Translations under genes and position numbers: made by a program
The notes under the pieces: generated by a model
What the model saw: the letters and a program-made list of their open reading frames with translations, nothing else
What the model was told of the DNA's origin: nothing
The model's database searches: none
Shown here: positions 12,358 to 25,361 of the stretch, one piece after another
How the letters are laid out: every line of letters begins with the position of its first letter
Numbering within the stretch: the stretch's first letter is position 1
Assembly (NCBI RefSeq): GCF_035594765.1
Contig: NC_085845.1
Span: forward strand, 65,962,024 to 66,026,023
Direction: 5' to 3'
Length of the DNA: 64,000 nt
DNA from: Anolis carolinensis
Taxonomy: Eukaryota

Positions 12358-15300
12358 GTAGAGGTTTCTAATCTTTCCTAGGTTCCCTGTGGGCCTGTGA
12401 TGTCCTTACACAAGGTCTGTGATGGTTTGAAGAAATGTAATGAGTTTTACATTTTAAAAAAGAAAGTCTTGCATTGATCTCAAAGAACAGAAGGCATTTC
12501 CCATTGATAGACATCATTTGTACAAAGTTTCAATCCAATATCTCAAACAGTTCAGACATTGCAAAAAAATAACTGTTTGCTATTAAAAAATGTATTTGGC
12601 ACTTGCTGCTTTTGCATGTGATGATAACACGCAAGTGAATGACACTGTGTGACTGAGAAAAAGTATGTGACATTTCTCATTGTCTCACATATAACCAGAA
12701 ACGGACTTCATATTTACATCAGACTCTAGCGTTGTCCACGTTGTGCCTCCTCGTTCTCGAAATGTCTGTTGATTTCTAGAATTCTGTAGCTTTGTCAAAA
12801 ATGTTCTCGATATTAATATATAAAAGGAGGAGCGTATTCTCAGAAGATTGCTGAAGTTGTATGAGTATTTGAATGGACGTTGGAATGCTAGCTGTCAGTT
12901 ATTGAAAATGTCAGATTTCTCCTTTGTTTTCTGTGGAAAAAAAAGTGTTATTGATAACTGTAGGGCTATTCACAATAATTATGTTTCTTCTTCCATTTCT
13001 GAAAATAAAATATTTGATTATTTTTGAAGAAGTGATCTTTCAATGTTATCGCAGTGAATTTCACAATATGTTTTGACTGAGCCTCAGAATGGACCTCCTG
13101 CAGCATTTGAAATGTAAAAGTACTGATGATGTTCATAATTGTGCAACATGTTCAAAGGAAAATGAATTCTCTTTCAGAAATCTTGAAAACTACCACCATT
13201 ATACCAACAAAAACCTGTCAATCAGCTTCACATGTACAATCCCTGAAGACAAGCAGTTATCACAATGTTGTGTTATGATGTATTGTCCAGTGAGCCATGA
13301 AAACATCATAATTGTGAAGACATCTTGATATTAAACATAAAAAATATGCCCCAAAGAGCATTTTGTTTTCAAAAGTAAGCAACAGAAGCTTCAGGAAAGT
13401 AAGAAAAAGACTTGGTTGTATGAATGACAGTTCAGTCTGAGCTTCATTTGAAGGTACTCAAATAATAGCAATAAACAGAAAACTACACACAGTAGTTGAG
13501 GAGCTTATATTACATGCTGCAAAAAATTATTGTTTCTACATTAATCAACAAAAAAGCTGCCAAGGATCTTTCCTTAATACCTTTTTCGAATGACACAGTT
13601 AAGGAGTGAATTGACGTTTTGTCAGCCAATATCAAGGAACAGTTATTAGAAAGAATTTACATGTCTGCCTATTTTGCTCTGCAATTGAGCAAAAAGCAGA
13701 GACATAAACAAACAAAGCAACGTTATTGTGCAACTGTACACATAAACACCAGATGAATATTTTTGAAGACTTACTTACTGTTCATCCCACTGGTACACAC
13801 GATAGCTGAAGAAATACTAAACAGCTTAACTGAGTTTATAAAAGCTGATGCTTGATTGAAATACATTGGAATAAGCACTGACAGGGCACAAGTAATATCT
13901 GGAAAGCTTACTGGACTTGTAGCATGGATTAAGAAAATCATACATAGGGATGCTCCATTTGCTAAGAAGATACCAGAAGAACTAAAACAGACCTTATATA
14001 AATCAGTCAAAATTTTCAATTTTATAAATAAGCAAATCACTGAATTTAAGACTTTTGCAATTTTGGAAAATGGAAATCTCCATAACCTTTTGGAGATATT
14101 ATGATGTTTGGAAAGGCATGACTTTGTTAGAAGTCAACCTTTTTGAAAAAGATGCCATAACCTTTGGGGAAAATTGCATTCTTGCAAGGCAATTAGGCTT
14201 CATAGCTGTTAAACTAATGTACTACCTAGATATATCTTTGAACTGCTAGGTACAAAGATATGCCAGTGCACAATCAATACACGCACACATATATAAAGCA
14301 GAGTTTCAGAAGTGTTATTTTTAGTTGCCCCAAAACATCTACTCTCCCTTAAAATATATTTGCCTTTAAATCATGTTCTCAAGAGACTAAAAAACAAGTA
14401 GACTTCTTTAAAAGTTAACATAGTTGGTTTACTCACAAATTTAATGTATTCAGGTATTTTGCATATCAGTCCAGTTACAGATAGGATTTGAAGTAGTTTC
14501 TCTTTGTAGGTAACACAGAGCATTTTTCTTAGAAAGTCTATGGCTTCTGTACAGCATTCTATTCCTACTGACTTCTAAACGCATACAGTTTTAGAGAAGT
14601 ATCTAAGCATACATCTGTTTCTACTGAAGTCTGAAAGCATACTGTTCCTAAAATGGAGTCTGAGTCCTGAACAAGCCCAGATCTGATCACATGATCTGCA
14701 GCCCCTCCCATAACAAATAGTTAAGGAAAACTGCATACCAATATACACCTATACAATACAGTAAGCAATCTGAATTATATACATAACAAATAACTAGTGG
14801 AGGCTTGAAGGAGGTTGCCATTTCCAACATGCAAAGACATGGACAGTGAACACATTAGGTTTCGCCATACTGTGAATTTTTTTGGCTATCATGAGGTATA
14901 CTTTTGTCTCACTTTAGGGAATTGAGAAATGAGATGAAATTATTCATCCTGGAGCAGCAATTTCACCTCAGCAATCATTTGACAAATTTTTCCTGGTTAG
15001 TAAAATTAGCATATGTATCAGATAGCTTTACCCATTTGAAATGACTGAACTGAAATCTTCAAGGGAAAATGTTACAGTTTTTCAAAATCGAAGCAATGAC
15101 GAAAAATTGTAACTGTGGCATCGTCTTTTGAATCAAGCTGTGAGACATTTCCAAATCTCAGAAATGTTCTTGGTTTTACCATGATGAGGAGGGCACATCC
15201 TTTATTGCATGGCATTTGAAATATTCACTGCTTCATTAATATTTTTCTATTTTTGGTGCAAGCAAAACCTGGATTACAGCATCAGAGGAAGACAAGCTCA

Positions 15301-15449
15301 TAGAAGTATCCATGGATGATGCTCTGCAATTACAGTTGAAGGAAAGTCCCTTCCAAATTTCTGAAACTATTGAAGAAGACTGTAAAAGTATTGATATTTT
15401 TTGTGACAACATGAAAAAAATCATTCTGTGGGGCCATGATGGCGCAGCG

Positions 15450-15910
15450 GGGCTGTGGTGGCGCAATGCGTTAAACCCTTGTGCTGCTGAACTGCTGACC
15501 TGAAGGTTGGCAGTTCAGATCCATGAGACAGGGTGAGCGCCCACTGTTATCCCTAGCTCCTGCCAACCTAGCAGTTCAAAAACATGCAAAATGTGAGTAA
15601 ATCAATAGGTATCGCTTCAGCAGGAAAAGGCAAAAAGACGCTCCAAGCAGTCATGCCAGCCACATGACCAGGAGATGTCTATGGACACAGGCTCCTCGGC
15701 TTGGAAATAGAGAAAGAGCACCTCCCCCAGAGCCAGAGTTGAGCACGACCTCCAGAGCCGGAAATGAAAGGAGAAGTCTTTGTGTCTCATTGTATGTCAT
15801 TGTAGCAAGGCGTTGAATGTTTGCCCGTCTGCTTATATATACTGTAATCCGCTCTGAGTCCCCTCGGGGAGAAGGGCAAAATATAAATAAAGTATTATTA
15901 TTATTATTAT
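15450..15910 (+). mobile_element. Sauria-like SINE with an L2-type 3' tail
   Basis: ggtggcgcaatgcgttaaaccc head, Sauria-like body, then tgtaatccgctctgagtcccctcggggagaagggc and (TTA)n. Confidence 0.75.
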
Positions 15911-17574
15911 TGACACAACAACATTGTATGACACTTCAAACAAGATAGATATGCTGGATTTTGTATCACAGAATCACAAGTCGAACACTTCCCAAGCGTT
16001 TAGGACTTTGTGATGTATTTTCGGATGATGCGTGAAGATCCCAGTAGGGTGGCCTTTTGCAGTTGGCAGATTGTAATTTTGTCAATGTCTGTTGCTTCCA
16101 AATGCCGTCTGACATATTTTGGCACGGCACCCAATGTGCCGATCACCACCGGGACCACCAGTACTGGTTTCTGCCAGAGTCTTTGAAGTTAAATCTTGAG
16201 GTCCTGATAGCAGCTGAGTTTTTCCTGTTGTTTTTCATCAATGCGACTGTCACCAGGTATGGCGACATCAATAATCCAAACCTTTTTCTTTTCCACAACT
16301 GTGATGTCTGGTGTGTTGTGTTCCAGAACTTTGTCAGTCTGGATCGAAAGTCTCACAGTATCTTTGCATGTTCATTTTCCATTATTTTTGCAGGTGTGTG
16401 ATCCCACCAGTTCTTTACTGCTGGGAGGTGGTACTTGAGGCATAAGTTCCAATGAATCATTTGGGTCACATAGTTGTGCCTCTGTTTGTAGTCTGTCTGT
16501 GCAATTTTCTTACAGCCGCTGAGGATATGAACAATGGTTTCATTGGTTTCCTTGCACAGTCTGCATTTTGGGTCATCAGCTGATTTTTCGATCTTGGCCT
16601 TAATTGCATTTGTTCTGATGGCTTGCTCCTGGGCTACAAGGATCAGGCCTTCTGTCTTCTTCTTCAGTGTCCTATTCCTGAACCAGAGCCAGGTCTTCTC
16701 CTTGTCAGCTTTTCCTTCAATTTTGTCAAGGAACTTTCCATGCAATGTTTTGTTGTGCCAGCTGTCAGCTTTAGTTTGTAGTGCGGTTTTCTTGTACTGA
16801 TTTTTTGTCTGCTGTGCTTTAAGGAGTTTCTGATTTTTGACTTCAATCAAAGCAGGTTCTTCACTTTGCTTTACATATTCTGCCAGGGCATGTTCTTCTT
16901 CTTTGACTGCTTGTTTTACTTATAAGAGTCCTCTGCCACCTGATATTCTAGGCAGATATAGCCGGTCAACATCCTTGCGAGGGTGTAATGAATGATGAAT
17001 GGCCATGAGTTTTCTTGTTTTTCTGTCCAAATTGTCCAGTTCCACCTGTGTCCAATTTATAATGCCAGCAGTATATCTTATGACAGGTATGACCCAGGTG
17101 TTTATGGCCTTGTGGTGTTGCCTCCATTGAGGTTGCTTTTGAGAATTTTTCTGACCCTTTGTGTGTATTCTTTGCTGACCACAGTTTTCACATGTTCATG
17201 CTTGATGTTGTCCAGCTGTAATATGCCCAGATATTTATAGGCCTCTGGCTGGTGACAGTTTATTGTTTGGCCATTAGGCATATTTATGCCCTCACTTTCA
17301 ATGATTTTTCCCTTCTTCAATGCCACTGTCGAACATTTGTCCAAACCAAACTCCATGTTGATATCAGTAATTAAAATTCGGACAGTGTTAGTCAGAGACT
17401 GGATTTCAGTTTCAGTTTTCCCATACGGCTTCAGGTCATCTATGTACATCAGATGCGAAATTTTGTGAGATTTCTTAGATATTTGATAGCCGAGATTTGT
17501 TTTTTGTAAGATTGTTGACAGAGGGATCATGGCAATAATGAAAAGCAGAGGGGACAATGAGTCTCCCTGGAAAA
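15911..17574 (-). mobile_element. R4/Dong LINE (RLE endonuclease), 5'-truncated, frameshifted
   Basis: QGDSLSP, LMYIDDLK, YKYLG, CCHC knuckle, RHN motif; flanked by (TAA)n, the known Dong target. Confidence 0.9.
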
Positions 17575-17594
17575 TAATAATAATAATAATAATA

Positions 17595-17636
<42 letters not shown>
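17573..17636. repeat. (AAT)8 followed by (ATT)n: palindromic microsatellite
   Basis: Read directly; symmetry axis between 17595 and 17596. Confidence 0.95.
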
Positions 17637-18734
17637 TGCCTCCATTCGTCTTAATCATAGAGTCAAAACTCAGAATATAAATTTGAGCTATTAAGCCCAG
17701 TATAACAAAGTTTGTAAAGGAAATGCAATACAATCATTCTTGTTAATCAGATAATTAATTGAAATTACCAAGTAATATTATGCTTTGGCTCAGTGTTTAG
17801 GTATAGCATCAGCATCATCAACATAATTTTCATTGTTTTCAATTTGTATGGAATCAGTCTAATAAAATATTATCATAGGAAAATGTAGATTTGCTTATTT
17901 CTTCTTCTCTTCAGATATGAAGATCCTTGATGAACAACTTTAAATAAATATTTGATGCACTTTATGGTTATAGATCTTGAATTAAGTCTTGATGGTCCAT
18001 GGAACAAAACATATTTAAGGCGGGGGAGCGGGTTCATGGTAAAGGAAAAGTTAAGAACTGCTTTAGTGCAATATACAATTGCCAGATTAAAAAAAAATGG
18101 AACTTTTTCTTGTTTAATGAAAAAGAGCCGAACATCTGAATGGGAAATTGGGAGAGATGAAGGAGAAATAAACTATTAAGGCACACAACAAGAATTGAGC
18201 ACTTTCAAAGTAGCTGTTGAAGTCAGTGGAACTAACTGAGCAAGATTACATAGTAGGCTCTCACCAGAAGCCAATACATTTTTCAAGGTTATCTAAGAAT
18301 TAGTTTGGCTTAAGAGTTTGTAGGAAATATGGGAAGAGAAAAGAAATAAGGTGGACAGTTGTCTTGAGGATTTGTGTAAGTGTACTATCTACCTTCTCAT
18401 TACAATTCCTTCTTTGTTGCTCTTTTTCCAATATGCTCTACATTGCTAATAAATTGATCCTGCTTGATCACCTAATATCTGGTATTACATGATTACTAGT
18501 GTTAATCAGTATAACGATATAATGGAAACTGTACTTCTTCAGTACTCCTGATCGTCACTATTTAGATTAGGAAGTTGGTTGAATGTGAGCACTTTGCTGT
18601 TGTTTTCTACCTTGCATTAAAACTGTATTAATGGTTAAAGAGCTTTTAGGGACGTATCTTATCTCCCAGAGTGTTTATGTATTAGGAAATCCAAAGAGTC
18701 TTTAAAATGTAATTATTATTCTTGTATCACCCAG

Positions 18735-18824
18735 GTTAAAGCTGGAAGAAAGAAGAAGCAAATTAGTTCAAAAACTTCAAGAAACTAGTAAAGAAACAAC
18801 CAATTTGCATTTGCAGCTGAAGAG
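18735..18824 (+). CDS. WWC2: WWC2 exon, 90 bp, coiled coil (R)LKLEERRSKLVQKLQETSKETTNLHLQLK(S)
   Basis: ccag|G acceptor, AG|gtgaga donor; phase 2 joins the next exon. Confidence 0.93.
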
Positions 18825-20446
18825 GTGAGATTACTCTGTTTACACTTCAAAAGAAAAATGTTTGTCCAACAGAGTGGTGAATATATCTAGTTTTGAATCC
18901 TAATGTTTTGTTTGGGTTGTTTACACTGTTTAAACCTGAGGTTGCAGAGAGTATCTAGTTTTGAATAATACTGGTTTGTCTGGGGTGGAATTGTAATAAC
19001 TTGGAAGCTTTTCTTTGTATTCCACAGAAAGATAATAGCACCTTTGAAAAGTTTGGTTCCTTGCAGCCTGTTCTGATTCCATGCACATTATATATGATTC
19101 TGTTCTTAATGCCCTTTTCCAAGAACAGAAGGGGATAAGGATAGGAGATAAGGCGATAATTTTCTTTTCAAAAGAAGTAACAAGTAATTTTTGTAAATTT
19201 CTTTTCACTGCAAGAAAGTCTTCAAAACACCCAGATATCAATGCTTTTCTTCAAGTCAGAACATATTAGGCACAAAATTCATATGTGGTTCTTTGGCAAA
19301 GAGTATTTTTATGAAGAAATGTCATTTAAGTGTAGAAACAACTATTTTATGTTCAGATAATCCTTTGTGTGTGTTTTGCTTTTTGCAAAATAACCTTATG
19401 TAAACTAGTCCAAAAATGCTAAGGTTCAACTCGTCAAGGTTTCTTGATCCTCAGAAACATTTTGTCTGCTTTTCAAGCATTCTTTCTGTTCCTAAAAGGG
19501 AAATGATTAAACATTAACACATAAGTTTTTGCCAGAAAACGGTCTAACGGATGTAAAGATTGTCAGAATTGCAACTCTGTTCAGTTGGTCATTTCCCCAT
19601 TACATCTGAACTTAGATGTAAAATACAAGGTGCACAGAAAAATAGTTCCCAAACCTGGATCTGAAAAATAATGTCTGACAGTGCCTTTTTCTTGTTTATA
19701 CTCAACTTGTTTGTACATAACTATTGCACACAAGAGCAAGTCTGCATTCAAAGTTAATGGAAATCAATTGAAGCATAATCAATTTCAGTATTCAAGGAGA
19801 TGAAGATATCAGTATAATTGATGGGCAGAGAAGGCAACATTTCCTTAAACTAAAAAATGGCTATTTAACATTTCCTGTTATTCTTTTCACTGTTATAATT
19901 ATTTTGTCATGCATCTTCAGTTACGCAAGTAAATGTTCATGTTCTAATTCTCTACCAATGGAACAGAAAATACCAGAGGTAGAGGAATAAAGACTTCAGC
20001 AAGTGAACTAAAAAGAGGAGAAACTTTACAATAAATTTCAGACCGACAGTTATACAGAGCTAAGACCAAGGATATACTGAAAATCCCTGAACATAAAGTA
20101 ATCCAAAAATGAACAAAAATACTCTCTGATCCCTTCACAATTGCTTTGTCCTTGTGAGACTGAATTATATTATCAAAGATCTCATATATTTAATGAACTA
20201 CCTTGAAAAGCTTGTGTGAAGGTGTTATACTCAAGATGTGTTCCAAAAATGGTATAATATTTTAGTTTGTTTTTTTTACAGGACGGCAGTGTACTTGCCT
20301 ATCTCATAATTAATTGGGTTATATTTTAATAGTTTGTCTTTTGTTATACATTAAGTGTAATTGAAAAGATGTTTGAGCAAAGTCTTCCTTATTTTTATAT
20401 TGTCATTGTTGTTATCATTGACACCATCATTATTGCTTCCTTGCAG

Positions 20447-21060
20447 TCTCTCTGCCAGTACATTATCTGTCTCTTCAGGGAGCAGCCTGGGATCCCTGGC
20501 GTCCAGTCAGGGGTCCCTAAACACATCCAGCCGGGGATCACTTAATTCACTTAGCTCTACAGATCTGTATTATAACCAAGTGGATCAGCCTACAGACTTA
20601 GACTATCAATATAAGCTGGACTTCTTATTACAAGAGAAATGTGGTTACATTCCTTCGGGCCCCATCACCACAATTCATGAAAACGAAGTCGTGAGTTCGC
20701 ATGGGAGAATGGAATACAGTGGTTCTTCTGGCTCTTTGGCTGCAAGCCATGCTCCCAAATTAACTGAACCCCCAAAATCTGTGACATCCCTGTCTTCAAG
20801 ATCTTCCCTTTCCTCCTTGTCTCCTCCTGGATCACCTTTGGCTTTGGAAGGCACGTTCTCAGTGCCTCCTCAAGACTCCCCATTGCATCACCTCACCACA
20901 GATTTCGAAGACTGTGATTTACCCAGTGACTTTGCCAGCATTAGCCTCTGTGGCAACCAAATCTTGGACTCGGAAGCCAGAGTATCCTCTCAGTCACTGG
21001 CGGATGATAAAGACCTCAATGAAAGTCTTAACCAGACCATCTCACCTCCGAGAAATACAG
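20447..21060 (+). CDS. WWC2: WWC2 large Ser-rich exon, 614 bp
   Basis: ttgcag|T acceptor, G|gtaaaa donor; SLSASTLSVSSGSSLGSL...SRSSLSSLSPPGSP; lies within ORF 20361..21224. Confidence 0.96.
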
Positions 21061-22519
21061 GTAAAAAATGTTATAAGATCAAACCTACATATTTCGATGT
21101 TGGTATGTCTCATTGCTCAGACTTTACAGAGATTGCTCTTAAAACAAATATGTACCATGAACATGCAGATAGTTTTTTTAAAAAAAACCCAGAATGGATG
21201 TGCTTTTGTCAGCATGGGTTGTAAGTAGCTCTAAAAGTAGGCATTCTGTCGGGATTGCATCTAGAGCTGGGATGAATAGATGTTTCCTTTGATTTTTAGT
21301 GTACATTCTCTGTGTGAAAATACATTGAAATGGTCAGTCTGTTTACTTTATGGGCCATATGAATGTAATCAAAGGTGGTTGTTATTGAGATAGGATGAAA
21401 CAGGAGGACAAATAATACAAGGTGGACAGAAAAATGCTCAGGAGAATCGATCTACGGGAAGCATCTATTGCAAGCCAATAGTGGAGGGGGAAGGAAAAGG
21501 GGAGGGAGAAAAATGTGGCAATACTCTTATAACTGATTTTTATATTGGCACGAGTTTTTGTGGATATAAGTATACGTCTTCTGATGCAGTACAAAATGAG
21601 ATTAAGGCCTCAGATATAAAGTAAATGTATACTGTTGTAGAGGAGTGGGATAAAATGTAATAGTACCCAGAATGATACTACTCATGTCCCTTGCCTTAAA
21701 TTTTCAAAGGACTGGGTAAGATGATACTGGTCTTCCAAATATTTACAGTGGTCCGTTAATTTTGATGTGTGAAAGCAATACATCTGCTTACCAAAAGTCA
21801 GCTTCTCTGGGTTCAAAACTCTCTCTCAAAATTCCTTTTTTATGTGTTCAGTATAAAGGACTCTTGTATTATGTAGCATGCCATGAAATCATTGCTTGTG
21901 CTTATACTTCTACTAATGGATTGAAATTTGTGAATATAATTCAGTACCACTCTCTCTTTCAAGTCTGCAATTTATTTCTTCAAAGACTGTACTGTATGTC
22001 CAGGAAAATTGAAAGGATCTAAAACCATTTTGTGAATCATTTTGTGTTTTCAGCCAGTCTTGTAGTAGAGAGCTTCTGGATATCAATTTTGCCTTGCTAA
22101 TTTGATTTTTCATGTCCTTAAATGTGTATTGTAGTTTGAAAAATACCTGTTGTACATCCAAGAATTTGGAGCCTTTGTCTTATGGATCTGAGCAGATGCA
22201 ATTGTATCAGAGGATTTGACTGTAAACAATAGATTTAGTACTCTGGATAATAAGACCTACCCATAAAATAAGCTGTAGCAGGATTTCTAAGGATTTGCAC
22301 AATATAGGCCATACCCCGAAAATAAGACTTAATGATAGGTGTGGCTATGCAGCATGCGAGGTTGGCTCCCCCTGTCAGGTCCTGGTCATTCCGTTCGTGC
22401 TGCAAACTGAGCCATAAAGGGAGACGTAGAAAGTGAAAGTCTCCTCAGTGCGGAGCAGGACGCTCTGCTTTAGGTATTGTGTGTCCTCAGGAAGAAGAAG
22501 TAAAGCTATGGCTCAGCAT

Positions 22520-22640
22520 TGTGGGTCTCTCTCCCCCAGCACCAACCAGCAACAGTCTATGGGTCTCTCTCACCCCCCACAAACACCAGCACTGACCAGC
22601 AACAGTCTGTGGGTCTCTCCAACCCCACACAAACATCAGA
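22520..22640 (+). repeat. Degenerate minisatellite, about 3 units of 40-50 bp
   Basis: tgtgggtctctc...accagcaacagtc repeated. Confidence 0.7.
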
Positions 22641-24499
22641 GGATAGGGGAAAGCTTCAGCAGTATATTTAGCAGTCAGTGCTGTTTAGAAGCCCATTCTG
22701 CACAGTGGTGTCAAGAAAATTAATTTGTTGTGTGGATTGTTCCATGCTCAGTTGGATGGTAGGGTCGTTGTTGAAATCCTGGTTGAACTTTTCAAGTACA
22801 GTATATCCAAGGGGTGAGACAACAGGATGTGAGAGAAATCTATCCCTAGGAAGAGAAGTTCACTCCTTAAAGAGTTACCATGGGGAAAAGGTATCTCCAC
22901 TGAAGCCTTATCATCAATCCTTGTTTCTACAACAAGCCATTTTTTTTTCAAAATCCTGTTATCACAGGAACAAAAAGTGAGGTGAAATCTTCTGAATAAG
23001 AGCACAGACAGCAAAACGAACATCACAGGAGTGTTAATGTACCAGTTTCAACTTACATATAAATTCAACTTAAGAAAAAACCTACAGAACTGAACTTGTT
23101 CATAACTTGGGACTGCCTGCAATTGTTTTCCATAAGGCTAAATTACAAGGATGTCATCAAAAGATTACAGGCAATGGTTTGGAGGTGAATATGCTGAGGG
23201 AGCATTGTTCCAAGTCAGCCATAAAGATGTCTGCATTCTGTGATTCCATGAGGATGTCCACAACAGTGCCACTGACTTGGATGTACATGTTACAGGTTGA
23301 GTATCTTATATCCATAATTCTAAAATATGCAGATGCATGTTCTGGCTTTCTGAAGGGGTTCGTGTAAAGTTCTTTTTCTTGCTCTTGGAAAAATATTTGT
23401 GCTGTTGATGCAGTGACCATTGTCATGTGGTGCAGACTGAGGTGATGCTTCTGAGCTGTTGTTCTGACTGGTGTTTCTTGAAGCATAGCTCGTGGAAATA
23501 TTCCTTGAGGTATAGATAGTAGAAGAAAGTCTCCAGATTGCCACAGAACTGAATTATGTACGTAGGTTTTGATGGGCAGAAAGATAGTCCTTGTGAAAGG
23601 ATACATAGATAGACTCAAGCCAAGGCTCATTTGAATGTCGCAATGTGTGCTTTGATCACCATTATGAAAGAACTCTTTGAAAGCTTGGATCCTTAGTTGG
23701 ACATAATTTACCCCATATCTTTATCATCTGCTTGTTTTTTCCTAGTTATAGATGGTGAGGTTTTCATATCTCTTTGTAGTCTTCGGTATTGTAGTGTCTT
23801 GAAAAGTCATTGTAATGCTTGCTGATTTGTTTGAGCAAGGAGCTAAAACTCTTTAGAAACACTCGCCTTATGATGTTTGTTAAATTAACTGATCAAACAA
23901 GCTAAAATTTCGGGGCCGCGCAATGTCAGAAGCTCACTTAATTCTCATGAGTCTATTATAAATGTATTTGTTTACCAGCATCAAGAACTATATTTGCATT
24001 TGCAAGACTGAAATGATTTGCTGCTATTAGATGTGGCGAGGGATAGTTTGTTTTCAAAGGTTTGCCTCCAAAGGATAAAGAAAGGGCAAGAAATGCACAT
24101 GGTAGGAAATGCAATAATTCTTTAAGCAATTGGTATATCACTTAGGGGGGAGATCGGCTGTTTGGTGACTCCTACTGATATCTTCTTATGCGTCACCTGA
24201 ATATTTTTCATTAAGAACCTTGATTCTTTCCGTTCTTTGGTGAAGCTATGTGACAAAGCCTGTCCTCCTTTCTTCCCTCCTTGGCCTTCCTACATACAGT
24301 ATTGCTGCCACCTTCTGGTTCAGGTATTTATTTTTCACATACATTTTCCCTTTATTGGGATACTATTTTATGCAGAAATAGGTAGACTTTAATGTTCACC
24401 CAAGCAATTTCCAGTGCAATTTACAAAGAATAAAATGAAAGATCAAAGAAAATAATGTCCAGTCCTTATTACAGTAATTAAAACTCTGTTAAAAGGGCT

Positions 24500-24564
<65 letters not shown>

Positions 24565-24566
<2 letters not shown>

Positions 24567-25315
24567 GGAAACAGAAGGCCTGATCCTTGCAGCCCAGGAG
24601 CAAGCCATCAGAACAAATGCAATTAAGGCCAAGATCGAAAAATCAGCTGATGACCCAAAATGCAGACTGTGCAAGAAAGCTGACGAAACCATTGATCATA
24701 TCCTCAGCTGCTGTAAGAAAATCGCACAGACAGACTACAAACAGAGGCACAACTATGTGGCCCAAATGATCCATTGGAACTTATGCCTCAAGTACCACCT
24801 CCCAGCAGAAAATAACTGGTGGGATCACAAACCAGCAAAGGTCGTGGAAAATGAGCATGCAAAGATACTGTGGGACTTCCGAATCCAGACTGACAAAGTT
24901 CTGGAACACAACACACCAGACATCACAGTTGTGGAAAAGAACAAGGTTTGGATAATTGATGTCGCCATCCCAGGTGACAGTCGCATTGATGAAAAACAAC
25001 AGGAAAAACTCAGCCGCTATCAGGACCTCAAGATTGAACTTCAAAGACTCTGGCAGAAACCAGTACAGGTGGTCCCGGTGGTGATGGGCACACTGGGTGC
25101 CGTCCCAAAAGATCTCAGCCGGCATTTGGAAACAATAGACATTGACAAAATCACGATCTGCCAACTGCAAAAGGCCACCCTACTGGGATCTGCACACATC
25201 ATCCGAAAATACATCACACAGTCCTAGACACTTGGGAAGTGTTCGACTTGTGATTTTGTGATATGAAATCCAGCATATCTATCTTGTTTGCTGTGTCATA
25301 CAACGTTGTTGTGTC

Positions 25316-25316
<1 letters not shown>
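24565..25316 (+). mobile_element. R4/Dong LINE 3' fragment in a (TAA)n microsatellite
   Basis: CRLC..ETIDHILSCC, RHN, PDITVV...IIDVAIP...EKLSRY (PD-D/ExK); stop at 25225-25227; (AAT)n at 24502-24566 and 25316-25360. Confidence 0.93.

Positions 25317-25361
<45 letters not shown>

Larger units (their letters stand above)
13180..17745 (+). pseudogene. Decayed hAT/Charlie (Buster-like) transposase, interrupted by later insertions; the element may span about 12360-18062
   Basis: Hand-translated remnants HTVVEELILHAAK, IPFSNDTVK, NIKEQLLERI...YFALQL, GISTDRA..SGKLTGL, VKIFNFINK, WLVKLAYVSD; many stops and frameshifts; outer boundaries uncertain. Confidence 0.75.

Noticed and set aside
13180-17745. 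Domesticated ZBED5/SCAND3-like gene
   Set aside because: Many stops, frameshifts and nested insertions mark it as a fossil transposase.
1-18734. Additional upstream WWC2 exon
   Set aside because: I found no matching translation with splice sites by eye. The preceding exon is probably outside the window, though a miss is possible.
20361-21224. 287-aa ORF as a standalone gene with a signal-peptide-like N-terminus
   Set aside because: It is the WWC2 exon 20447-21060 read through into the flanking introns; the hydrophobic start is the pyrimidine-rich acceptor region.
24499-25227. Poly-Asn protein, and the poly-Leu, poly-Ile and poly-Tyr ORFs elsewhere
   Set aside because: These are translations of (AAT)n, (GTT)n and (TAG)n microsatellites next to LINE fragments.
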